A program made the translations under genes and the position numbers. This document shows, piece after piece, positions 24,257-37,806 of a stretch of DNA of 64,000 nucleotides. How positions within the stretch are numbered: the first letter of the stretch is position 1; every line of letters starts with the position of its first letter. The DNA is taken from NCBI RefSeq assembly GCF_037042905.1, contig NC_087251.1:42782001-42846000 (forward strand), read 5' to 3'. Source of the stretch: Lytechinus pictus (Eukaryota). The notes below the pieces were generated by a model. That model saw only the letters and a list, made by a program, of their open reading frames with translations. It was not told the origin of the DNA and ran no database searches.

Positions 24257-27200
24257 TTATGGTGAAGCCAATTTAAAAGGAGGTGAGACAAGTTTCAATG
24301 GAGGTTTTAAAAAATAATAAACTGTATTATGGTGAAGCCAATTTAAAAGGAGGTGAGGCAAGATTCAATGGAGGTTTAAAAAAAAAAAAAAAAACTATAC
24401 TAAGAATTATGGTGAAGCCAATTTAAAAGGAGGTGAGGCAAGTTTCAATGGAGGTTTTTAAGAAGAATAAACTGTACTACAAATTATGGTGAAGCCAATT
24501 TAAAAGGAGGTGAGGCAAGTTTCAATTGAGGTTTTTAAAAAGAATAAACTGTACTACAAATTTAAAAGGAGGCGAGGCAAGTTTCAATGGAGGTTTTTAA
24601 AAAAGAATAAACTGTACTACAAATTATGGTGAAGCCAATTCAAAAGGAGGTGAGGCAAGTTTCAATGGAGGTTTTTAAAAAGAATAAACTGTACTACAAA
24701 TTATGGTGAAGCCAATTTAAAAGCCCAGGACCAAAATCCAGTTAAAAGCAATTAGGGCAAAACCAATTGAAAGCAGTTGGCCAACTGGTTTCAATAGGGA
24801 AATTGGAACAACTGGTTCCAATTGAAAACCAGTTGCCAATTGGTTCCAGTTAAAACCAATTGGTTCCAATTGAAAACCAGTTGCCAATTGGTTCCAGTTA
24901 AAACCAATTGGGCAACTGGAACCAGTTGGCAATTTGTGTCAATTGGTTCCAGTTGTTCCAATTTCCCTATTAAAACCAGTTGAATCCAATTGGAGGCAAC
25001 TGGTTTCAATTGGTTCCAGTTGAAACCAATTGAAGGCAACTGGTTTCAACTGGAACCAGTTGAAACCAATTGGTTTCCAACTGGATCCAATTGGAACTTC
25101 CAGTTGGAATGAACTTAATTAGTTACAAATTAATTAGCATTTGCACTAACTATTGCTCATGCCAACATAGAAGCAGTGTTATATGTCTATTAAAACCAAT
25201 GTAAAGGGCATTGATAGAATACAGACTTTCATATATATATAATTTATATGGAAGATCTTCAGATATATGTATTTTTATTTGATGCAATTTGGTAACAGTT
25301 AGTGGTGAACTAATTATCCTTTAATCTGTTTTAATTATAATCTATAACATTTATGAACATGGTTTTCACTGCAAAGTATTTTAAATACTTATCTTTAAAA
25401 AGTGTGGTACTTGAAATTGAAAAGAGAAAAATAGATACATTGTTAATGATGATGAATCTCATAAAACATTAATCTGTGCACACTGGTAGATGATATGCAA
25501 ATTAACTGGTTTCAATTGGATCCAGTTGGGTAACTGGAAAATTTCCAATTGGAAACCAATTGGAAATCATTTCCAGTTGCCCAACTGGTTCCAGTTTTAT
25601 TTCCAGTTACCCAACTGGTTCCAATTAGAATTCATTTCCAGTTACCCATCTTTCCAGTCAGAAGTCATCTCCAGTTACCCAATTGGTACCAGTTAGGATT
25701 TCCAGTTACACAACTACATGGTTCAAGTTAAGATTTCCAGTTACCCAACTGGTTCCAGTTAGAAATTATTTCCAGTTGGAAGTCATTTCCAGTTACCCAA
25801 CTGGTTCCAGTTAGGATTTCCAGTTACCCAACTGGTTCCAGTTAGGATTTCCAGTTGCCCAACTGGTTCCAGTTGGGATTTCCAGTTACTCAACTGGTTC
25901 CAGTTAGAAATCATTTCCAATTGGAAGTCATTTCCAGTTACCCAACTGGTTCCAGTTAGGATTTCCAGTTGCCCAACTGGTTCCAGTTGGGATTTCCAGT
26001 TACTCAACTGGTTCCAGTTAGAAATCATTTCCAATTGGAAGTCATTTCCAGTTACCCAACTGGTTCCAGTTAGGATTTCCAGTTGCCCAACTGGTTCCAG
26101 TTGGGATTTCCAGTTACTCAACTGGTTCCAGTTAGAAATCATTTCCAATTGGAAGTCATTTCCAGTTACCCAACTGGTTCCAGTTAGGATTTCCAGTTAC
26201 CCAACTGGTTCCAGTTAGGATTTCCAGTTGCCCAACTGGTTCCAGTTAGGATTTCCAGTTGCCCAACTGGTTCCAGTTGGGATTTCCAGTTACTCAACTG
26301 GTTCCAGTTAGAAATCATTTCCAATTGGAAGTCATTCCCAGTTACCCAACTGGTTGTAGTTAGGATTTCCGGTTGCCCAACTGGTTTCAATTGGTTTCAA
26401 ATGGAAATTGTTAAATTCAAGTTAAAACCAATTGAAACCAGTTAAAACCAATTGAAACCAATTGAAACCAGTTGGAAATCCAACTGGTTTCAATTGGATT
26501 TTGGTCCTGGGAGGAGGTGAGGCAAGTTTCAATTGAGGTTTTTAAAAAGAATAAACTGTACTACAAATTTAAAAGGAGGCGAGGCAAGTTTCAATGGAGG
26601 TTTTTTAAAAAGAATAAACTGTACTACAAATTATGGTGAAGCCAATTCAAAAGGATGTGAGGCAAGTTTCAATGGAGGTTTTTAAAAAAGAATAAACTGT
26701 ACTACAAATTATGGTGAAGCCAATTTAAAAGGAGGTGAGGCAAGTTTCAATGGAAGTTTTTAAAAAAGAATAAACTGTACTACAAATTTAAAAGAAGGCG
26801 ACGCAAGTGTCAATGGAGGTTTTTAAAAAGAATAAACTGTACTACAAATTTAAAAGGAGGCGAGGCAAGTTTCAATGGAGGTTTTTAAAAAGAAAAAACT
26901 GTACTACAAATTATGAAGCCAATTTAAAAGGAGGTGAGACAAGTTTCAATGGAGGTTTTTAAAAAGAATAAACTGTATTATGGTGAAGCCAATTTAAAAG
27001 GAGGCGACGCAAGTTTCAATAGAGGTTTTAAAAAAGAATAAACTGTACTACAAATTTAAAAGGAGGCGAGGCAAGTTTCAATGGAGGTTTTTAAAAAGAA
27101 TAAACTGTATTATGGTGAAGCCAGTTTAAAAGGAGGTGAGGCAAGTTTCAATGGAAGTTTTTAAAAAGAATAAACTGTATTATGGTGAAGCCAATTTAAA

Positions 27201-28850
27201 AGGAGGTGAGGCAAGATTCAATGGAGGTTTAAAAAAAAAAAAAAAACTATACTAAGAATTATGGTGAAGCCAATTTAAAAGGAGGTGAGGCAAGTTTCAA
27301 TTGAGGTTTTTAAAAAGAATAAACTGTACTACAAATTTAAAAGGAGGCGAGGCAAGTTTCAATGGAGGTTTTTAAAAAAGAATAAACTGTACTACAAATT
27401 ATGGTGAAGCCAATTCAAAAGGAGGTGAGGCAAGTTTCAATGGAGGTTTTTAAAAAAGAATAAACTGTACTACAAATTATGGTGAAGCCAATTCAAAAGG
27501 AGGTGAGGCAAGTTTCAATGGAGGTTGAAAAAAAAAACCGTATTATGGTGAAGCCAATTTAAAAGGAGGTGAGGCAAGTTTCAATGGAGGTTTTTAAAAA
27601 GAATAAACTGTACTACAAATTTAAAAGGAGGCGACGCAAGTTTCAATAGAGGTTTTTAAAAAGAATAAACTGTACTACAACTTATGGTGAAGCCAATTTA
27701 AAAGGAGGTGAGGCAAGTTTTAATGGAGGTTTTTAAAAAGAATAAACTGTACTAAGAATTGTGGTGAAGCCAATTTAAAAGGAGGTGAGGCAAGTTTCAA
27801 TGGAGGTTTTTAAAAAGAATAAACTGTATATGGTGAAGCCAATTTAAAAGGAGGTGAGGCAAGTTTCAATGGAGGTTTTTAAAAAGAATAAACTGTACTA
27901 CAAATTATGGTGAAGCCAATTTAAAAGGAGGTGAGGCAAGTTTCAATGGAAGTTTTTAAAAAAGAATAAACTGTACTACAAATTTAAAAGGAGGCGACGC
28001 AAGTGTCAATGGAGGTTTTTAAAAAGAATAAACTGTACTACAAATTTAAAAGGAGGCGAGGCAAGTTTCAATGGAGGTTTTTAAAAAGAAAAAACTGTAC
28101 TACAAATTATGAAGCCAATTTAAAAGGAGGTGAGACAAGTTTCAATGGAGGTTTTTAAAAAGAATAAACTGTATTATGGTGAAGCCAATTTAAAAGGAGG
28201 CGACGCAAGTTTCAATAGAGGTTTTAAAAAAGAATAAACTGTACTACAAATTTAAAAGGAGGCGAGGCAAGTTTCAATGGAGGTTTTTAAAAAGAAAAAA
28301 CTGTACTACAAATTATGAAGCCAATTTAAAAGGAGGTGAGGCAAGTTTCAATGGAGGTTTTTAAAAAGAATAAACTGTATTATGGTGAAGCCAATTTAAA
28401 AGGAGGTGAGGCAAGTTTCAATGGAGGTTTTTAAAAAGAATAAACTGTATTATGGTGAAGCCAGTTTAAAAGGAGGTGAGGCAAGTTTCAATGGAAGTTT
28501 TTAAAAAAGAATAAACTGTACTACAAATTTAAAAGGAGGCGACGCAAGTGACAATGGAGGTTTTTAAAAAGAAGAAACCGTACTACAAATTTAAAAGGAG
28601 GCGAGGCAAGTTTCAATGGAGGTTCTTAAAAAGAATAAACTGTACTACAAATTATGGTGAAGCCAATTTAAAAGGAGGTGAGGCAAGTTTCAATGGAGGT
28701 TTTTAAAAAGAATAAACTGTATTACAAATTATGGTGAAGCCAATTTAAAAGGAGGTGAGGCAATTAGTTAATGGAGGTTTTTTAAAAGAATAAACTGTAT
28801 TACAAGTTATGGTGAAGGCAATTTGAGAGGAGGTGAGGCATGTCTACAAT
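24257..28850 (+). repeat. Tandem array of ~60-77-bp units (left arm)
   Basis: Unit TATGGTGAAGCCAATTTAAAAGGAGGTGAGGCAAGTTTCAATGGAGGTTTTTAAAAAGAATAAACTGTACTACAAAT and its deletion variants; interrupted at 24724-26511. Confidence 0.97.
24724..26511. mobile_element. CACTA/EnSpm-like non-autonomous element inserted in the foldback array
   Basis: TIR CCCAGGACCAAAATCCA / TGGATTTTGGTCCTGGG; 2-bp AG duplication reconstructed from the host unit AAAAGGAGGTG; subterminal CAATTG/CCAGTT repeats; 31-bp units in 114-bp higher-order repeats. Confidence 0.85.
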
Positions 28851-30369
28851 GATTTTTTTTAAAGAATGATAAGTGTAGAATATAATTCAAATGATGAAGC
28901 AAGTTATGACATTTTAAAGTTTTGCTTAATTAAAAAAAACAGTTATATGCACATCCTGGTCTGTATGCACCTGAGGAGACTGATGACGTCATCCTCTCAC
29001 TATTTCTTTTGTATTTTATTATAGGAAATAAGAAATATTCTAAGTTTCTCCTTAATGTCAAGTGATACAACGATTAATTCCTCCCTGAACATGTGGAATT
29101 AGCTTTGTTTAATACTATATGGTTCAGTCAAGTAGTGGGATGATAATGATGATGAGGAACAGGGCGGGTATTCAATGCTACTCTTAAAGCCACAATTTCA
29201 AGTATATTTTACTCAGTATTTTGCAAAAGTAAAATACTTATCCATCTTTGGTATTCAATTGCATTTTTTTTTGGCTAAATATTTTGCTTAAATGTAAGTC
29301 AGCCATCTACTAGACTTAAGTCTACATATACAAAAATGATACGCACAGAAATACATTCACACATTTGGCACTATTTGGCTCAAAATTTATAACATCACAA
29401 TGGGTATTAGTATTTAGTTCAATTTGGATAAGGTAAATTCTGAGATCTGATCTGCATACAAGTTTAAGCATTTTGATAAGCCAGCCAAATTGCTAAGTAA
29501 AATACTTACAAAATCAAAACTTAGAATTTAATAGGCGGCCGAGGTATTATTTTCTTCCAGAGGACATGTACAGATTTCTTGTTGACAAAGGATGACATGA
29601 TGATTATTTTGCAAAACATGGCTTATTAAAAAATATATTATGTATATTCCATTTCAGTGACAATTGCATTTTTGGGGAGGGGATATTACGTATTTGGGAA
29701 TGGAAAAGTTCAAAATTAATGCAAACTTAACCTATTTACGCAGGGGGGGGGGGGGGGGGCTCTGAGCTCTGCGATTTAAAAAAAAAAGTCTTTTGCATGT
29801 TTTGAGACCAGTTTTGCGAAGCCCGGGTACTGGGTTCTGAAAATTACCAAACAATTTGTAAGTGCATATCAGACAAAAATGGCTCAAAATTGTGATATTT
29901 GTGTACCACGTCAATGGAATATGCGTTTTCAACCAAAATTCATGAATGCCTAATTGTTTTTAGTTTTGTTGAACTAAACTGATTTATTTTATGCTGTTAC
30001 GAGAGTCCGAGCATCGTTGAAAAAAAACAATGCAATACAAAGGTAAAAACACAAGAAATACACTATCGAAGAACACCACAAAGAGTTTCTAAACCAAAAA
30101 TTAGAACATTTGGAGCTTTATTTAGGGAGTTAGAGGAATAGGTATAGTATACTAATTATGCACAAATGAGCATAATCAATTAATAGCAATTTGCATGAAA
30201 TAAATAACTACACAATTTTGTGGATTATTAAAAGCAATTGCGATCTTTTTCTTCACTATTCATTGTTTTTAGAAACCTCATTGTAGACTTGCCTCATGCA
30301 CCTCTCAAGATGGCTTCATCATTTGAATTATATTCTACACTTATCATTCTTTAAAAAAAAATCATTGTA

Positions 30370-32200
30370 GACATGCCTCACCTCCTCTCAAATTGCCTTC
30401 ACCATAACTTGTAATACAGTTTATTCTTTTTAAAAACCTCCATTAACTAATTGCCTCACCTCCTTTTAAATTGGCTTCACCATAATTTGTAATACAGTTT
30501 ATTCTTTTTAAAAACCTCCATTGAAACTTGCCTCACCTCCTTTTAAATTGGCTTCACCATAATTTGTAGTACAGTTTATTCTTTTTAAAAACCTCCATTG
30601 AAACTTGCCTCGCCTCCTTTTAAATTTGTAGTACAGTTTATTCTTTTTAAAACCCTCCATTGACACTTGCGTCGCCTCCTTTTAAATTTGTAGTACAGTT
30701 TATTCTTTTTTAAAAACTTCCATTGAAACTTGCCTCACCTCCTTTTAAACTGGCTTCACCATAATACAGTTTATTCTTTTTAAAAACCTCCATTGAAACT
30801 TGCCTCACCTCCTTTTAAATTGGCTTCACCATAATACAGTTTATTCTTTTTAAAAACCTGCATTGAAACTTGCCTCACCTCCTTTTAAATTGGCTTCACC
30901 ATAATTTGTAGTACAGTTTATTCTTTTTAAAAACCTCCATTGAAACATGCCTCACCTCCTTTTAAATTGGCTTCACCATATACAGTTTATTCTTTTTAAA
31001 AACCTCCATTGAAACTTGCCTCACCTCCTTTTAAATTGGCTTCACCACAATTCTTAGTACAGTTTATTCTTTTTAAAAACCTCCATTAAAACTAATTGCC
31101 TCACCTCCTTTTAAATTGGCTTCACCATAATTTGTAGTACAGTTTATTAATTCTTTTTAAAAACCTCTATTGAAACTTGCGTCGCCTCCTTTTAAATTTG
31201 TAGTACAGTTTATTCTTTTTAAAAACCTCCATTGAAACTTGCCTCACCTCCTTTTAAACTGGCTTCACCATAATACAGTTTATTCTTTTTAAAAACCTCA
31301 ATTGAAACTTGCCTCACCTCCTTTTAAATTGGCTTCACCATAATACAGTTTATTTTTTTAAACCTCCATTGAAACTTGCCTCACCTCCTTTTGAATTGGC
31401 TTCACCATAATTTGTAGTACAGTTTATTCTTTTTTAAAAACCTCCATTGAAACTTGCCTCACCTCCTTTTAAATTGGCTTCACCATAATTTGTAGTACAG
31501 TTTATTCTTTTTAAAAACCTCTATTGAAACTTGCGTCGCCTCCTTTTAAATTTGTAGTACAGTTTATTCTTTTTAAAAACCTCCATTGAAACTTGCCTCA
31601 CCTCCTTTTAAACTGGCTTCACCATAATAGTTTATTCTTTTTAAAAACCTCAATTGAAACTTGCCTCACCTCCTTTTAAATTGGCTTCACCATAATACAG
31701 TTCATTTTTTTAAACCTCCATTGAAACTTGCCTCACCTCCTTTTGAATTGGCTTCACCATAATTTGTACTTATTCTTTTTTAAAAACCTCCATTGAAACT
31801 TGCCTCACCTCCTTTTGAATTGGCTTCACCATAATTTGTAGTACAGTTTATTCTTTTTTAAAAACCTCCATTGAAACTTGCCTCGCCTCCTTTTAAATTT
31901 GTAGTACAGTTTATTCTTTTTAAAAACCTCAATTGAAACTTGCCTCACCTCCTTTTAAATTGGCTTCACCATAATTTGTAGTACATGTATTCTTTTTAAA
32001 AACCTCCATTGAAACTTGCCTCACCTCCTTTTAAATTGGCTTCACCATAATTCTTAGTATAGTTTTTTTTTTTTTTTTAAACCTCAATTGAAACTTGCCT
32101 CACCTCCTTTTAAATTGGCTTCACCATAATACAGTTTATTATTTTTTTAAACCTCCATTGAAACTTGTCTCACCTCCTTTTAAATTGGCTTCACCATAAT
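30370..32200 (-). repeat. Tandem array of ~60-77-bp units (right arm)
   Basis: Reverse complement of the left-arm array. Confidence 0.97.
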
Positions 32201-33141
32201 ATTCAGGTAAGGTATATTCATTCTTTTTTTAAAAACATAATTGTTCACTTCCCTCATCTAGATCATTTGGCTATATATATATAATACCTTTTATTCTACA
32301 TTATTCTTCCCTTTAAAAAAAAACCTGATTGTACTCCTGCCTCCCCTGATCTGACATTTAATGCGTCTCAACGTACTGTACATAGTGTTATTTTATTATC
32401 TCTTTATATCGGAAACTTCGTTTTACCGAATTGCCATGCACTATCTCCGACGCGTTTGAAGTCTTAGACAGCATGGAATACTACCAGCCGATGGTACACA
32501 CACGCACACACACACACGTTATTTGACAACTTGTCTCTGGAGCTGGAGCCAAAGTTCCTCGCATATAACCAACTATCTGCATGCCTGCACGCAGTGTGTA
32601 TTGAACACGCACGACCACGATCTAATGAATATTCATCGGCGAGAGTGACGTCATTTTACGAGTCTCCTTTCAAACTTGGATCATAAGTGCCTATACCGAT
32701 ACAAACGCGTTGTATATCGCAGCGAAGACCCCATGCTTTCATGTCAGTCGTAACTGCACTACGTGTACGAGTACGCGTGTGTGATATGCATACAGCATGC
32801 AGGGAAGTGTTACAGATAGGTACAGATAATAATGCGGCGCGTTTGCGTGATCGAGTTTCAATGCAATGCAAGCCAATGCCATGGGATAGAGACGTGTCGT
32901 GGTTGGGAGATGACCTAGGCCCTAATTGGGTTTTTTATTAGCAGTTTCGAGCCTCAAGAGATTAGAAAGAGACCTTGCCAATCCAAGAGACAGAGGGCCC
33001 GTCAGGATTTAACGTTAACTTAAATTAAAGTTAATTTTAGCTTTGAACTGAATGAAGGCGAACTGCCGCTGCTGCGCTACTGAGGTCTGAGCCTCATTTC
33101 ACTTCTTCTCATGCATTTTTTGTGATCAGTGACCAGTCGTC

Positions 33142-33651
33142 ATGTTTAACAACTGGGAAAGGCCTCGGGGACCCGGCTTTGGTGGGCCTGGCGGTGGAGG
33201 CCCCGGCGGGCCAGGGAATATGCGGATGCAACACCAACGGATGCCGAACCGCCCTCCATTTCATGGACCAAGATCAGGACCCGGACCAATGTTTATGCGA
33301 GGGCCGTCTGGAAATGGGCCAGGCCCGCGCCCACATTCCATGGGAATGAGAATGCAAATGGACAACATGGGACCTCAAGGACAAGGACTGATGCCGGGGC
33401 CACGGAATTGGCACGGACCACCAGGTCCAGAACCTGGCATGCGCATGAGGATGAGGGGACCAGGACCAAGGCCACCTGGACCAAGAGGACCACCAATGAT
33501 GTCTGGCCCACATCATGGTCAAGGGCAAGGGCCTACAATTCCAGGACCAAGTCCCACAAGGCCAACACATATGTTGCCGGAGCCTGTTCAGGTGTTGGTC
33601 AAGCAAGCTGAAGCTGCTGAAGCCGCAGTTGGTATGCCGCAGACAACAGAG
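33142..33651 (+). CDS. YLPM1: YLPM1-like gene, coding exon 1 (G/P/M/R-rich)
   Basis: ATG, MFNNWERPRGPG...; donor GAG|GTCAGT, phase 0, joins in frame to exon 2. Confidence 0.8.
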
Positions 33652-34214
33652 GTCAGTTCTTTGTTTTCCCCACTCACATTTTAATTTCCTAAGAACTCAG
33701 ATAAATTAAGAGAAGATGTTATATATTTTTCAGTTCAGGGGTGGGGGAATAATAAGCATGAGTAGAATGGGGGGTCGGGTGTCCGGACACTTTATATTTT
33801 TGAAGCCTTATTTTTTGTCTTTGGATTACACTAAAAATATGAATTCAATACTTGTAATCATCTTCTATTTTGTTCTTTATAATATTTCCTAACATTTTGT
33901 ACTAAAAATTGATGAAACTTCGCTTGTAATTTTTTCCAAATGACTTTCTAAAATTGATCGTCCGGACACAACCTGTCCGGACACACAACAACTGGGTATA
34001 CATGTACTATTAGTACTGTAACTTGTGTGTCGAGATCGTAAGCCATGCCAGTAGACCCTGGGCTGAGAGAATAGAGGTAGATCCCACTACAGAGTAAGTC
34101 AGGGTGACCATATTTCACAAAATGAAATACTGGACAATCGACAAAGCACGCTGCATGAGCAGATCGACCGAGCCAGGTCTTAAAAGCTAGCCAAAGAAGG
34201 CTAGCTACACAATG

Positions 34215-34930
34215 TTAGACAAGAAAAGGAAGGGAGGGTGAATGAAAGAATGAAGGAAGGAAAGAAAGGAGATTAATTGAGAGGAAAGAAAGAAAAAATG
34301 AAGTAAAGAAAATTAATGGAAAAAAATAAAAGAAAGTTCGAATAAATAAAAAAGGTTTTCGTCATTCTTTGAAATGAATACGGAGAGAAAGAAAAAGAAA
34401 GGAAGGGAAGAGGAATAATTGTGTGAAAGAGAGAATAAAGGAGAGAAAGGAAAAAAGAGAAAGAGGGAAAAAAGAAAGAATGAAGGAAAATAAAAATGTT
34501 CCTTCATTCTTTGAAAGAAAGAAACGAAAGAAAACAGGAAGGAAGGAAGGGAAAGAAAGAATAAGGTAAAGAATTAGAAGGAAAAAAAAAGAATGAAAGA
34601 AAGAGAGGGAGGAAAGAATGAAGGAAGAATGAAAAAAAAGAAAATAATGGAAGGAGAGAAAGAACGAAAAAAAAAAGAGATGAAGGGAGCAGGAAGCAAA
34701 GAAAAGCTTAAGGAAAGAAAGAATGAAGGAAATAAAAAATGAAAATTTTTAAAAGAAGGAAAGTAAGAGAAAGAAGGAAAGAAAGAAAAATTAACGAGAG
34801 AGAGAGAAATGATCAGGAAAGAAAGCTAGGAAAGATTGGAAATAAAGATGAAACAACAAAAAAAGCAAGCAGGAAGGATAGAAGGATGAAGAAAAAAGGA
34901 TTGAAAAAAAAAGAAAGAGGAAAAAAGTTC
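34215..34930. repeat. Polypurine (GAAA/GGAA) low-complexity tract
   Basis: Almost exclusively A/G on the + strand. Confidence 0.9.
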
Positions 34931-36620
34931 AAACTTCAAGCAAACAAACAAAAATCCAATCATCTAACAAAAATCTTAATGATATTTGGTTTTTTTTTAA
35001 TATATTGAAAAAAAAAAAAAAAACTAAACTGTTTAGCACCACACACAGGCAATGGCATCTCTCATCCCATGACAAGTTCGCACCGATCACAACAAGACTC
35101 AAAACGGAAGCTGAAACATCTACAGTAGATCTAGTTTAATATGAAAACTCAATAATAGGCTTGCTCCTCCAATTACATCACCAAATCAGTAATCTGAGAA
35201 TCCATAATAAAACATAAAAATTTCCCTCCGATTTTGTGATTATTTTGATGGAAAAACTGTTGAGATTGTTTGCACCATTGAGAATCTGCTCCGATCCTAC
35301 CACACACATGCAGGAGGCCAGTGCAGGCCACGTGCATGCTGCAGCATGTTGCAGCAATAAATAATGCACTAAATCACTTGTCAATCCAAGGTTTCTAGTT
35401 CTTGGAGGAACAAAATTGAATAAACCCAATTTCATATAATAAAATACAAACGAACAAGTGGGGGTGTGACATCATCAGCCCACCTAATGAATATTCATGA
35501 TTTTTTCACAAAATATTGCTAAACTTAAAAATTCAATAACTTTGTTGTTTGTTATCCAATTTTGATGAAATTTTGGCATTTTGCTCAGTGAATTCTACTC
35601 TATTTATTAAGCTATAAATACTTTCAGCCCGGACCATCCCTTTAACTCCTCAAAACAGACAGCTGCCAGCTGTCTAAGCTCTGTAATGTACACATCATGT
35701 AAATTGTGATTGCTGCTTCTGTACATTTATTTTAATGGAGCTATTTTAGAATCTCTTTGTTATGGATTGGGTATTCCCATGCTGGCGGCATCTCTCCCAT
35801 CAGCAAAATTATATGAATTTTAGATTGTGTTCAAATTCGATTTTCAAATTTAAACAGCAACATAAAACGTGATTCAAAACTAAGAAATTTCATCAATAGG
35901 TAGAACAATTACACGGTCAGTGGTGCACTTTTCACGGTCAGAAAATGAAAGCCGAGTAATACTAGTAAAAGTTGTCTTTGAAATTCCCCATGCTCTTCAG
36001 TGCAGCTTACTGCGCACTTTCTGTTTGACCCATCACAAGAAAGATCAACTCGGCAGTGCGCATTTCAAAGTGTAAGCTCCCACTGCAATAAAGCACATTT
36101 AAAGACATTTGAAACCTCAAGTGTGTTCAACGTCACCTTTCGTTTCCGTGAAATTGTGAGTGCTTGGGGCAATTTCGGAAGAGTGCATTGTAAAATAGTA
36201 AATATTAATTATACTGGTACTAAATATTATGATGATGCACATTTTTTCGTTTATACATTTTTTTCCAAATACTCTCTTAAAGACATTGACTCTTTCAGTT
36301 TCAAGTAGGAATGGGGGACATTGCAAACACCCTTTGTTTCTGTGCATTTTGAATCATGATTAATCTTGACGTAAATTGCTTCAGCTCAGTGTTCCTGAAT
36401 GAAACATGTCAGACAGCACTGAAGCGCAAGTTCATGTAGCATTCAATTGACAGCCATGACTCTGCTTAAATTGTCTCCCCTACATAGCAAAAGCAAGACA
36501 TATGTACAGTGTACATGTATGTTTGTAGTAGTGCTGTTATCGTTAAGAAAATTCTCTGTCGATATATCGCTAAAAATATTTTACCGATAACTATCAGCAA
36601 AAGAACATAATCAATACTCA

Positions 36621-37356
36621 TTTTTGTCTCACCTGCGTAGCAGAGTGAGACTATAGGCGCTGCTTTTCCGACGGCGGCAGCGCGTCAACACCAAATCTTA
36701 ACCGAAGGTTAAGTTGTTTTAATGACAGCGTAACTTAGAAAGTATATGGACCTAGTTCATGAGTCTTGGACTGTGGACATAAGGTTAATCAAGTATTACT
36801 GAACATCCTGCCTGAGTTTCAGGTCACATGACCAAGGTCATTTATGGTCAATGAACTTTGGCCAAGTTGGAGGTATTTGTTGAATTACCATCATAACTTT
36901 GAAAGTTTTGGATCGTATTTATGAAACTTGGACCTAAGAGTAATCATGTACATGTATTACTGAACATCCTGTGCGAGTTTCAGGTCACATGATCAAGGTC
37001 AAATGTCATTTAAGGTCAATGAACTTTGGCCAAGTTGGGGATAATTGTTGAATTACCATCATAACTTTGATAGTTATTTGGTCTAGTCAAAAAAACTTAG
37101 ACATGTATCACTGAACATCCTGTGCAAGTTACAGGTCACATGACCAAGGTCAAAGGTCAAAGAACTTTGGCCATTTTGGGGTATCTGTTGAATTACCATC
37201 ATAACTTTGAAAGTTTATGGATCTGATTCATGAAACTTAGTCATTAGAGTAATCAAGTATCACTGCAAATCCTGTGTGAGTTTCAGGTCACATGACCAAG
37301 GTCAAAGGTCATTATGGTCAATGAACTTTGGCCCTGTTGGGGGTATTTGGTCAATT
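36621..37356 (+). mobile_element. Helentron/HINE-like family copy, 3' truncated
   Basis: 5' module plus about four core units, then an abrupt switch to a GCGTAACGGACATGACA-repeat sequence. Confidence 0.8.
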
Positions 37357-37806
37357 CCAGCGTAACGGACATGACAGGACTTCAGACAAATTTTTGTAAT
37401 TCAACGTTTCATACAGTAGAATTGGCAGTCTTTGAATCATTGTTAGTGAGCTTATCAGACACATTCAAGTATCAGTTACATACACATGAAATTTCAAATC
37501 GTTTTGTTGAACAGTTGTGGAGAAAATGCGATCTTTGTGAGCGTAACGGACATGACACGGAATGGACGAAGCATTTTTACCTCCTACATGTATTGTTTAT
37601 CAAAATTCCTGTGAATTCTTAGACTGCATGCACCTGATAATGGTTTTAATTACTCCTTAAAATCATGTTCTATTCATAAAATGAAGTTCAACAATCAGTT
37701 TTTCAGTGCATTCTGTATTCGTAGCTAAAAATGTAGCATAATGGACATGACACACGTAGCGTAACGGACATGACAGTTTTGTCCACTTTTTGTAAGCGAA
37801 TATGTA

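Larger units (their letters stand above)
23771..32697. mobile_element. 8.9-kb foldback transposon with modular long inverted arms
   Basis: Left arm 23771-28900 is the reverse complement of right arm 30313-32697; perfect 9-bp TSD GATACAAAC (23762-23770 and 32698-32706); GG...CC termini; no ORF in the loop. Confidence 0.95.

Noticed and set aside
24717..26390. NWNQL/LEPVG repeat ORFs
   Set aside because: Translations of the CACTA-like element's internal repeats.
24257..32200. CRISPR-like appearance of regular repeats
   Set aside because: There are no unique spacers and no cas genes, and the context is eukaryotic; these are tandem units in foldback arms.
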